Part shown: positions 1 through 16,100 of the stretch, piece by piece | Numbering within the stretch: the first letter of the stretch is position 1 | Layout: the number at the start of each line of letters is the position of its first letter | Assembly (NCBI GenBank): GCA_037447605.1 | Contig: CM074804.1 | Span: 2,790,001-2,854,000, forward strand | Direction: 5' to 3' | Length of the DNA stretch: 64,000 bases | From: Zygnema circumcarinatum SAG 698-1b | Taxonomy: Eukaryota > Plantae > Zygnematophyceae | Notes under the pieces: model-generated | Told to the model about the DNA's origin: nothing | Seen by the model: only the letters and a program-made list of their open reading frames with translations | The model's database searches: none | Position numbers and translations under genes: made by a program

Positions 1-22
1 CAACTTTCTTCAAGAGGAGAAG

Positions 23-100
23 ATGTGGCAGTGATCTCACGGTGGCGATGCAATCAAATGTACATGGACAAAATCAGCATGGGGAACCACGAAAACTGGT
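23..100 (+). repeat. Dispersed intergenic repeat, copy 1
   Basis: ATGTGGCAGTGATCTCACGGTGGCGATGCAATCAAATGTACATGGACAAAATC.. matches 39498ff and the reverse complement of 46577-46654. Confidence 0.8.
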
Positions 101-1614
101 CACATCTCGAACCTCGGGTCAAACTAACGAAATCTTAAATCACCATTGAATTTTCGACACGTGGCACACCGCGCCAGCATCTCACGGGCAATCCAGTCAC
201 CACGTGGCGCTTAGCTTTCGCTTGAAGGTTAAAGGTCAACCAGTTGCACCGGATCGAGAAAACTTTCGTTGAGGTTGGAAACTCGCCACGCCGGTTTGCA
301 ACCCGGAAAAGCTTCGAGCAGAAATCGCGTCATTTTGCGGTTATGTTCGCGGTTTTTGCGCGCCTTTTTTTTTTTTGGCGGAACGGCCCGCGGTGAGGTG
401 AAACGTTTCCTTTCACTGACCGGAGACCGGCGGAGACAGCGGCAAGTGCGACGGGCAGCGGCTGATGGCCCGCACCCGCGCCTAAGAACCTACTTTTCGG
501 TCACCTCAAAAGTTTACTCGACTCGTTCTTTCCGATTTCACAAAAACAATTCACATTTCGGTTTCTGGCGGGCGTTCCTCGACGGCAACGTGGCAGCCTC
601 GGAGTGGCTGCGGCAGGCTGGCGGCATGCAGAATTTCTACCCGAAACAATTTGACGCCCTACCGTCCAACTGGTCCGTACGGCCCAAGCGATCGAAGGAA
701 AAGTGCGAGAAAAATTCGGACGGCCGTACAGCGCCACGTCACTCGCGCTGAAATGTTGAAATTCCACTTCCCAAGATCCACTCCTCCGTACACGGTTCAG
801 GTTTCGGTTGGGCCCTGCCCGTTCTCCTGCCCGACTGTTCAGGGGCTTTCCGCTCCGCCTCCGAATACGACGAACGGCCAAACCGATAAAAGTTCTGACC
901 GACGGATCTTTAATACTTCAGATAGCCTGGCTGCTGCCATGCGTCCGAAAGAGACAAACAAACGCGCCAGGTTTAAGATTCTTCTAGAATCTAGTGCGTA
1001 TCATTTCAACCAGTTCAGATTCTAACTAATGAAAAAGACAAACGAATTCGTACAAAGTCGTATCAGATTGCGCTATCTATTGCTGCCTGTACAGGCTCAG
1101 ATAGATTTGACCGCAAGACGACAAGCTACCTTGGACTTGCCCTCCCTTTACTCCTGCCGCTTCCGCTACCCGCCCTCATTTTGTCGTTTAGTTCATATGT
1201 TCGTACGCATCATGCAGGGAAAAACGGCGGCGCATTCCCTTGTCGGCAGAGATTGTCGGTAGGGCGTGTTCGTACATCCCTTTGTCCGCACTAGGCCGCC
1301 CACTTGTCGGTCGGGCGCCCGCCCCTGCCGCCCGTACACTCAGCATACATAATCCTGCGACTTCGTGCGACTTAATGCGACCGAATGCGACGCACGTTTT
1401 CCTCGATGCGACGCGCAGCGTCTGTCGCAAGCGGCTCCTGGCCAGCGCGGGCGCGTGACGCCTGTCACGCCCCCGCCTGGGCCTGCACCTGGCGGCCGCA
1501 ATTCCCCTCTAAGAGCGACAGCAGCTGCTCCCGCCAATTGCCACTACTCTCCCTCGCCCTCTCCATCTCGCTCTCCCTCTCCGCTTCCCCCCGCATGCTC
1601 GACAGCCTCTAGCC

Positions 1615-6778
<5,164 letters not shown>

Positions 6779-8118
6779 TTAACCGCTTGGAGAGCGGAAG
6801 ACTATGGACTTCAACTGCTTTTTCAGAGTCAATGGGTTGGCTGGTACTGGAGAGGAAGTAAAATATTGTATCTGTTGTTGGGTCCTTCCCTGGAACGGTG
6901 ATGTAGGAGGTGAAAGTTGTGATGTAGCAGCTGAGAACTGTGTAGTAGAACAGATTGTGCAGGTGGGAGCAGGAGCAGGAGTCTGAACGTGTGAGGGGGG
7001 AACTTTTTCGAAGTTCCTTTCCCTTCGACGGCCCACCCCCCTTTCCTCCACCCCGGCCTTTATTTTTCCTTCTTTAAATTTTTGAACTATTTATTTAGTG
7101 AGGTGCCCACTCTCATAAGACGCGGATCGCATCTCGGCGATCTGCCGCCCTCCCTCAGGGAAGCGGCAGAGCGACTTCAAATGAAGCCGCTAGGGGGGGA
7201 GGCGGCGCTTTGAGGAGACCCTCTGCTTGTGGGCCCCTTGCACTGTACTTTGTATGAGATCAACTTTTTCTTGTAAAAAAAAAAAAAAAAAAAAAACCCA
7301 GTGTATGGATTGTCGATGGGAAATGTTGTTGTTAGGCTTTCATGTTGTAAACGACGATTGTGGTGTTAAGAAAAACCAAGCAGCAGAGGAAGGAACAGAT
7401 CGGTTTGAAACCGGACGGAAGCGACAAAGTTTTTTTCGCAGCATCCCATGTGATTAACAAATCAGTCCAACTCTAAATAAGAACAAGAATGTTTTAGTCA
7501 TTGCACATAACGAGAACAGACCAGTACCTCACGTCAAGGTCCAATCACTTTGACAGTATGTGCAACCCAAGCTCCCCAACCTTACCTTTAACTTTAGTTT
7601 AACACAATTCTTTTGTTGAAGGTACAGAAAGCTTCAAAACAACAAATTTCTCCGTTTGGGAGTCACCAACTTGACATATAGTTCCTAATTCAGTTTTACA
7701 CAGGCCCTACCAAACCACAACACGAAACAGCTTCCACATAGTCATCCTACCAATAATAAGGCTCTTCCCCTTGAAGACTACCTCCCTGTACACCGGACTT
7801 AAACTCCCAGTCTACCCACAGTAACATTCTTCATTCTATTTCTGATTCACTCCCACCTCTCACACTCCCTTCCACTTCCCCCCTCACCTCCCCTTCTCCA
7901 ACTCCCCATCCGTTTGCTTTTGCAAACGCTTTAAAAACAGAAGAGGGCCTCTCTCCTCGCTCTCTCCTCGCTCTCTCCCCCTCTCTGTCTCCTCTCTACC
8001 GAGCTCAGCTGCCCTTCCCAAACTCTCACCTCCCAAGACCCTTTCCAACCTCCCCCTATGTACCCACAGGTGTCCTCCCCTCCGTTATACGGTGTGCACG
8101 CGACATGGAGCCTCCGTT

Positions 8119-11100
8119 TCAGAGCGCCATCTCGGCCTTGAGCGCGGCGAGCTCGTCGTCCTCCTCCGCCCTCTGCGGCTTCTTCTGCGTCTGCGAAGAA
8201 GCTGCGGCCGCAGAGGGGGCCTTTGTGGGGACGGAGGGCAGCGGCTGCGCAACCTCGCCGGTGGCGGGCTGCAAAAGCTGCTCGTCCAGCTCAAGCCCCT
8301 CCAGCTCCTCCAGCTCCTGAAGCAGCTCATCCTGTAATGGAGAAAGGGAAAAAGGGGAGGACAGGAGAGGGAGGAAGGGAGGGAGGGAGCGAGACAGAGA
8401 GAGAGAGAGAAATTTAGGATGCAGCAAAAGTTGATACGAAGGTAAAGGAAAAGGCGACATTTAGTGGCGGGTTTGGGCGAAGGATGAAAGGGTCGCTACT
8501 AGCTTCTACTAGCTGCGCTTTAGGGCTTGTGGTTGATTTTAGGGTTTCGGATGTCTAGGGATCGAAGGTTGAAATTTCTCCAGAACAATACACGAAACGT
8601 GTAGGTGCGCAATCTCTCTCGCCCACTTTCCGTCTATACTTCAATTGCTACCACCTCACTACAGCCCCTCATTCACCCACTCTCGTCATTATCTCCCACT
8701 TATCTCTCGCACAAAACTTTCCCTTGAGCCCTCTCCCTTGCTTTCTCACCCCTGCCTTCTCTCCTTCCCTCCTCTTCTCCTCCCCCTTTCACCCCTCGTC
8801 CGTGTCTCTTTTCCCTCCCCCTCTCCCCACATTCCCAATCGTCCAAAAGGCTCTCCCACATACACACGCGCACCTTCCAAATACTCACAAGGATACCCCA
8901 TCCTCACCGAGAAAAAATTAAGCGTGGCCCAAACCCGAAAAGACCCATACTGCCATTTACCTCCCCTACCCAGTTTGATAACCTAAAATGCACGTTACAT
9001 AAGACCATACTCAATGTATATATAAACACAACGTAAACAATATATATATACATGAAACAATATAATCTAAAAATGATATATTATATAAAGGGAAATGCTA
9101 TTTTCACACCTTTTTTTGTCGAGATACACACCTTTCTCGCCAGTCAGATATTATTTTAGGGTTTTTAGGGTATTAGGGTTAAAAAAAGGTGTGTATCTAG
9201 ACAAAAGGTGTGTAAATAGCAATTCCCTATATAAATACATATATATATTTATCAGTTTTATCGAGAGTCCTCACCTCATCGAAGTCTGCCGCAGAGCCGA
9301 TCGGCTGTGAGAGCGCGTCTTGAATCTGCTTCATGTTCTCCGTCTGCTCGTTGATCTCGTCCATGGTCTTGTCGACGTCGTCGATGTTCCTGCGAGCCCC
9401 CCCTCAGACTTCAGAACCCTAAAGCCTGCGATGCGTCACCTCAGAAGATGCAGCGACGCAACTCAAACCCTAACTGCTGCTTGTTCCACATAGTGATGTG
9501 CTCTCTCTTTCTCACTCTCTCTCGCACTATCTCGTAGTTCCAATTCTGACTCACATTTGCTTCTGGACGCCCTTCAGAACCTGTGCAGAATCGCGCATCG
9601 CTCCCACCACTTCTACCGTCGCGTTTGCTCCTTCCAACATCACTTCCTGCATCGCACGATTTCAAACCCGCATTTGAATGCCTTTGGAGAAAAACTGCTC
9701 TTGGTGAAATCGATTATGCACAGCAAAACATAACTGAAAAATCAAACTGAAAGCACCAGGAGCGAGAGGAGCGCACCTGATCTTGGAGGCGGAACTGGTA
9801 ATTGCTCAAAGCCTCAATCTGACTCTCATAAAGCTTTTTCTTTTTTAAGCACTGAATAGCAGCTGCGGAAAAGAAAACATAACGTAATTAAGCACCCGGC
9901 ATATGCGCTCGCACCACATCAATTGAACAGACCTAAACTAAATCATCAAACACTTCGTTTTTAAGACCTCTGAAAGTTGATTCCTCTACTTCCATTCATA
10001 CTCATTCACACATTCATTGCTACTCCAGTTCGGAGGAGACTTCAATTTCGTTGTCTGAACAGGGACAAAAGGAAATTTCTATGGTTCTCCACTGCTACAT
10101 TCGCAGAAACAAAGAAAAGTCCAACCCCAAGTTCTGCAACTCGCTGTTTGGAACTCTTTTGACTGCCTCCCTTCAAAGCCTAGCATATTTTCCACTTTAA
10201 TTCTCGACAAAAGGGAAAAACATTAGAAAACCACAACCTGCTGAGTTGAATATTGCTTTGTCTTCCACGGTCAAACGAACATGAAGACGAAATACAGGAA
10301 TGACTCTGGACCTGGAGAGGGAGGGAAAACGAGAAAGAAAGAGGGGGCGAGAGAGGAAGCGGGGGACTGCCCAAAAACCCTAACCCTAAATTCAGGAAGA
10401 CACTCATTAAAGTCCCCGCCATCTGACAATGACGAGCTTCCTCTCTTTGCTCACCCTCCCTCCTCCGTCTCTTTCCACCGTGCAACTCGCTCACCCTCTC
10501 CTCGCGGTATCTCTCCCACTGACTCTCCTTTGACCCCTCTCACCTTCCCGCCTTTCCTCTCTCCCTTTCGTCCAGCCCCTTTTTCTCCAGCTATCTTGCT
10601 ATCTTGTTGCTCCTGCAATTCAGCCTACAGCAGAAAAACCAATACCTCTCTTATTCTTTTGCTTTGTAAATTCCTTTGCTTTCTCCAGCTCCAGCTGAAT
10701 CTTTTTTTGCAAAAACACTTCTTTCTTCTCCAACATGAGCCGCGTCTGCAGTGAACTCAAAAAACAAGGAGAAAAAATCAGTCACCGAAAAACACAATCA
10801 CATGAAAACCCACCTCATATTTCTTGCGAAGAGAAAAAGCACCCAAGCAACCGCTGAAATACATGTGAGCGAGGGAGGAAGGGAGGCAGACAGAGAGGGA
10901 CTGGGAGAGGGAGAGAGAGAGGGAGAGGGGGAGAGAGCGAGCGGGAGAGAGGGAGCGAAGGAAAGAGAGAGACGGGAGACGACGAGGAGTTAGGAAGTTG
11001 GGCATTAAGAGAAAGGTGGGGAAAACGAACGAGTGAAGGAGAGAAAGAGAGGGAGAATGAGTCGACACAGCGAGAGAGAGAAAGAGAGCGAGAGCGACAC

Positions 11101-11325
11101 ACAGTGCGCGAGACAGTTCATGAGAGGTGGGAGGAGAGGCAGACAGCGAGGAGGGCGAGAGAGAGAGAGAGAGGTGGAGGGATCGGCAAAAAAAGAAAGA
11201 GACAGACAGAGAGAGGGAGAGGAGGAGAGAGAGAGAGCGAGAATGAGACGCACTTCTGCCAGCTTGTCGAGAGACTCCCGCATGGTGGGAGTCTCTTTGG
11301 GCTTTCCAAACAATCTTCCAAACAT
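8119..11325 (-). CDS. SNF7: ESCRT-III subunit SNF7/VPS32 (CHMP4 family), 6 exons
   Basis: Exons read MFGRLFGKPKE..SLDKLAE | TRLMLEKKEVFLQKKI..KNKR | AAIQCLKKKKLYESQI..FRLQDQ | EVMLEGANAT.. | MNIDDVDKTMDEINEQTENMKQIQDALSQPIG..DFDE | DELLQELEELE..ELAALKAEMAL*. Confidence 0.95.
9090..9227. mobile_element. 138-bp MITE in a SNF7 intron, with ~45-bp TIRs, 8-bp TSD TATATAAA and a telomere-like core
   Basis: Left end GGGAAATGCTATTTTCACACC.. and right end ..GGTGTGTAAATAGCAATTCCC are inverted. TATATAAA lies at 9082-9089 and 9228-9235. Confidence 0.85.
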
Positions 11326-13182
11326 CTTGCCCCCCTTTTTCTTCCTCCTCCTTCCTGTCTCCTTTCCTCCCGCTCTCCCTCCTCTCCTTCCTCTCACTCA
11401 CACTTCCACCTCCCAATGTCACCCCTCTCCCCTCTCCCGCAGAATTCCAACTGCAGGAGCGTCCTTGAAGACCCTCCCTGGAAACCCTAACCCTAATTCT
11501 ACTGCAAATCCTGAAAAAAAGGCTGTTTATAAAAGAGCAAAAAAACCAGATGGTTCACAGGTAGCGGAAGTGGAGGGTTTCCTGGGAGGGATGAGGGTGA
11601 GAAGAGAGGACGAGGGAGGGAGAGGACGAGGGAGGGAGAGAGAGAGAGCAAAGAAGGGACGGAGGGAGGAGATGCGATACCGTCGCCCGTAGCAGAGCGG
11701 ACTCTGCAAGACAGGTACGGCGCAATTTCCGCCGAACGGGAGAGCGTGGATCGGAAGGAATTTACACGCGAAGGTCCACGGAAGTAATAAGTTCAGACTC
11801 CCAAAGATTAAAATCTCAATTGAGGGTAAATTCCAAGCTGGGAGTCCAATGGCTTCCTGGCCTGCATGGCAAGTCGCCTCGCGGGACTGGAATTGAAATC
11901 GATTCGGCCGTCGTGAGAATTTCATGCATCTGTGCATGAGGGGATTCATTTTTTCTATCTTTTTGCCATTAATTTGTCCCCATAATGCAAGGTCTTAGGG
12001 TCCAAGAGGCTTCTTTGGTCTCATTTTGAGAGAGGTTGCACAACAGAAATGACTTTGAGTGCATAAGCGATCGTAAAACTGGTCAGGTTAATAAACCTTT
12101 CCACTTTTGACTGAAGTCGAAAGTCAAGTCAAGTTTCACCTTATAATAAAAGCTTCAGTCGCTTTTCAAATGCTATATTTGTAGTTTTTTTTAACCATTC
12201 TGCGCTTTCTTCCGTGACTCGAGACATCCCTTTGATCCCAATTCCCTTGCGGGATATTTGGGTGGCACGCTCCAATGGGTTTGGCGAAACATTCACTGCT
12301 CGTTTCCACAAGGGTGGCTCCGCAGGATTGATTATCCCTATCTCTATTGGTGGAGGCCATCACAAGCTTCACAACAGGGCTTCAAGAAATCTCCCCATTT
12401 CCTCCAATTCGGCAAAAAAACTGGCAAAATCAGAGGACAGACCAGAAGTGGCATTTCTATTTCAGATAGCTTCTGACCTCGTTCCTATGTTGTAAAATTC
12501 TCGTTGACGTAAACCAGCATAATTTGACAAATTTAACAAGCCTCACTAATTTGAGAAAGACAATTACATGTTTAACCCCAAAACTGAAACAAAACCTTAT
12601 TTTTGAAAATTGCACACAACTAAGCGATGGAATGCACGTTCCACAGGTGCCCTCCTCCGTGCCCAGAGACGGCGGCGTCCATAGGACTCAGAGTTCACAT
12701 TCCTCTTAGGCAACTACGAGGACTCCTCATACTCACCTCCTACTGTGCGTCAGCATCCGTATCAGGCATCACTTTATTCGCTGCTGTTACAATGAATGGA
12801 GTGGCTACACATGGAGTCAAGGACCTGTCCGGCCGAAAAAGCCTTTCAAGTTCGGCCGAAGACAGCAGGAAGGCTCCAGGAAGGAGAGGGAGGGAGGGGG
12901 ACCCTACTGGTTGCATAAAAAAAACCCAACCAGAATAGGGAGGCTCTAGGAAGGAAAAAGAGAATGGGAGAGGGGGAGGGGGGAAGGGGAAGGGAGGGAG
13001 GCCGGGAGAAGGATCATACTGGCTGCAGACTAGAGATATGCAGACGTGGAGGCCATTGGAGTGCACTACGCTAAAACAGAACTTGAAACTCAGGACATTT
13101 CACATAGTGCTGTACTCTCTCTCCCCTCCCCTTGCTTCCCTCTCCCCCCCACCCCCCGGCCTCCCATGTCACTGTGGCCCCA

Positions 13183-16100
13183 TCATGGCTTCATATCGTA
13201 GTTCGGCTCTTCTGCCTCGTCTCCTTCTGGATGAGTAGGAGGCGCATGCTGGGAGCCTTGGTCTTCTAAGCCTTCCAATGGGGGATGCTCCTTAATGTCA
13301 GCCCAGCTATCTGGAAAATGGGGTCAAGGTGGCTCTCCACTCAAAAGTGTTCGTGAAATAGAGTACAACATTGCACTCCTTCCCGCAACCTTAAAAAATC
13401 AAAGGAGCTCTGTAGGAAGGAGATTAAAGGAGGCTCTAAGGAGGACTCAGATATAAGCCCCAGTGGATGGAAGGGAGAGCATAGACCTCACCATGTTGAA
13501 GGCATTCGAATGAGATGTGCATGCATGCCAACTGTCCAAAGGCGGCCACTTCACACCGTAGAATATGAATTCACATGCAACACGTTCAGTAAAACTGATT
13601 GGTTAACTGATGAGCAGATGACTCCGAACCTGTCCTTATCTGTTGCACCGAGTTCTGTGAATAATTCATACATAATAAGCGTCCGATTATTTACTGCTTA
13701 GCCGTGTGAACTGACTCGACACCCAAATGAATAAACTGAGAGAGGAGGGAGGCGGGCATAATGGATACAGTCGGTCCATAAGTCCGTCAAGGGAACAGTC
13801 GTCTCAGACTTGAACCAATAGTCGTTATTCAACTGCACAGGGGAAAGTAATAAAGTAAACAAAACGGGAAAAGAGACAAAAACACAAAGCATGGAAACAA
13901 AGTCCCCGCTCCACTTTCCCCTCCTGCCTCCCGCATCCCGCCTGCCAAGTCTCCCTCGCCCCCCTCCTCTCCTATGTCCGCTGAAGTAGCACCAATGCTT
14001 GACAAAAGCAGCCCCTTTCTCCTTCAGGAAAATCCTCCGACTTTTTTCCATATTCCCACAAAATAGAACTGAGGCGTTAATACGGCTAAATCTGCCACTT
14101 ACCGTGTTGGGCGTTATTCTCATGATGCCCCCCATAAGCTCATCCATGGGGCTGCCGGGCCCTGAACCCAAACCCTCCCGACCCATCTGATGCGCGACTT
14201 CATTTGGAAAAGATTGATGTTCTTGTAGACGTGATGGAGAAGAATCGTTTTGAAAAGGAGGAAAGTGAGGCGGCATCCCCATTTCATGATCAGCTGCACT
14301 GTGATGCTCGGATGATTGTTGGCTCTGTTGGGGGGGAGGCTCGTCATGGCTGGGCACATCATGAAACTTCTCGAATCGGCTGAAATTGTTCTAACATCAT
14401 GCCCCACAATCACAGACCAACATCAACCCCCCAGAATTACGCTTAACGGCACGCCCTGCGCTAATGCCCATTGGCGAATAAGAAAGGAAGAAAAAAAAAG
14501 ATAAGATGAAGAAGAAAGAAAACTAGGGAAAAGAGCGAGGTCGTGAATTCCACTGTCTGGAATATACGAATTCAACATGAGTCGGATTCTACAAAAATCT
14601 TTTACGTGAAGTTGTGGACGTACAAGCAGTGTTCATTGAACAGTATGGGGGACGAATGAAGTAAATCGTGAGGATAACTCCAATAATGGAACATGGCCTT
14701 GTCAGAAATTATGGAACAGAGCAATCTCTGCTACGGCAATAAAGAAATACAGTCAAGAAAAAGGGCACACAGATCAAATTGTGGTTCCTTGTCGAAAGTT
14801 CCCCTACAAGTGTGAAGCGTGGATTGGAAAAGAAATGGAGGAGAGCACACACCTCACAAGGTAGACATGAATAGGACCTGTCGTACTTCGCAGCAATATT
14901 TGAAATCGCTTGTGAGGATAATCCAAAGCAGCCTGCTTGCGTTCATCTCCAAACGAGGAGAATCAAGAGTTCAAAAGTAAGAACTTGACTCTGTATCAAA
15001 CCATGATGCTCACTGTGCTACAGCTCGCCTCAATATATAAGATCAAACTATTTGACGCGGTCGCGCGTCAAAAGCAGAGGGTTAGAGGGGCCGTGCCCAA
15101 GGTCGATGGGGTAGGAGAAGGTGGGGAGAGAGAGAGACGGGCGGAGGTAGAGAAAGAGGGAGTTGAGAGGGAGAGGATTTAAAAGCAAAAGAGATGGGAT
15201 GAGGGGGACTTGGAAAATGGAGGGAGGGGGCAGAGGGAGAGGGAAACAGTGAAATGAAGGGAAAGTGGCGGGCAGAGGCGCGAGAAAGTGCAGAAGTAGA
15301 CGGAACGAGAAAAGCAGCTTTGCCTATTCTCTTCAACACAATATGTACCTCATCAGGGTCAGGCACTTCCAGCATTGTGCCATGTGGAGCTTCGATGGCG
15401 ATGAGAGTGTCGTTCTGTAGCAGTAGCAGATAAGAAGTAGAATACGATCATGAAGAATGAAAAGGGAAACGAATTAACAATAATGACGCACGAGGATGAA
15501 AAGTAGTGATAGAAAGATATGAAGCAGAATCCAAGAAGATAAGACATACTGGCTCTCTAACTGTAGTGGCGCCAGAGGGACCTCTTTGCAGAAAACAAGT
15601 GACGAAGGAGAAAATAAGCGCCAGCATTCAGAACAAACAATGGAAAACGTTTGACTTCTGGAAGAAAAACGAAAAGAGAAGAAAGGTTTCCTGGGCCCAT
15701 TGCTGCAAAAGTGTTGCCCACTTGATTATAGGAAGGAAAGTGGATAACTCAGAAAATAACTCGACTTTTTGTGTGGCTGAGATACATCCAAATGGAACAC
15801 TTACCTGAAAGCAGGGCAAGCTCTTGATATCCTCCTCAGTAACATACATGTACCTGATGGCCTTAAGAGTTAGGGAGAGACAATAATTCGAGATCTAATT
15901 TCATTAGGAACATTGCAATGCCTTAAAACCATTGGAATTTCGACCAGCCTCTCCCTTTCCCCACTCCAATTCCTAAACCAATCTTCGTTCACCTCCTCTC
16001 CCTCCTCCTCTCTCCGCCTTGCTCAATTCCCCTGTCAAATGCTTTCATCCCATTGCTCTCTCCTCTTCGCCCTATTCTCCTATTCCTGCCTCTCCTCTAT

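Noticed and set aside
269-1025. ORFs of 120-160 aa at the window start
   Set aside because: No domain similarity; GC-rich promoter-like sequence full of cis motifs
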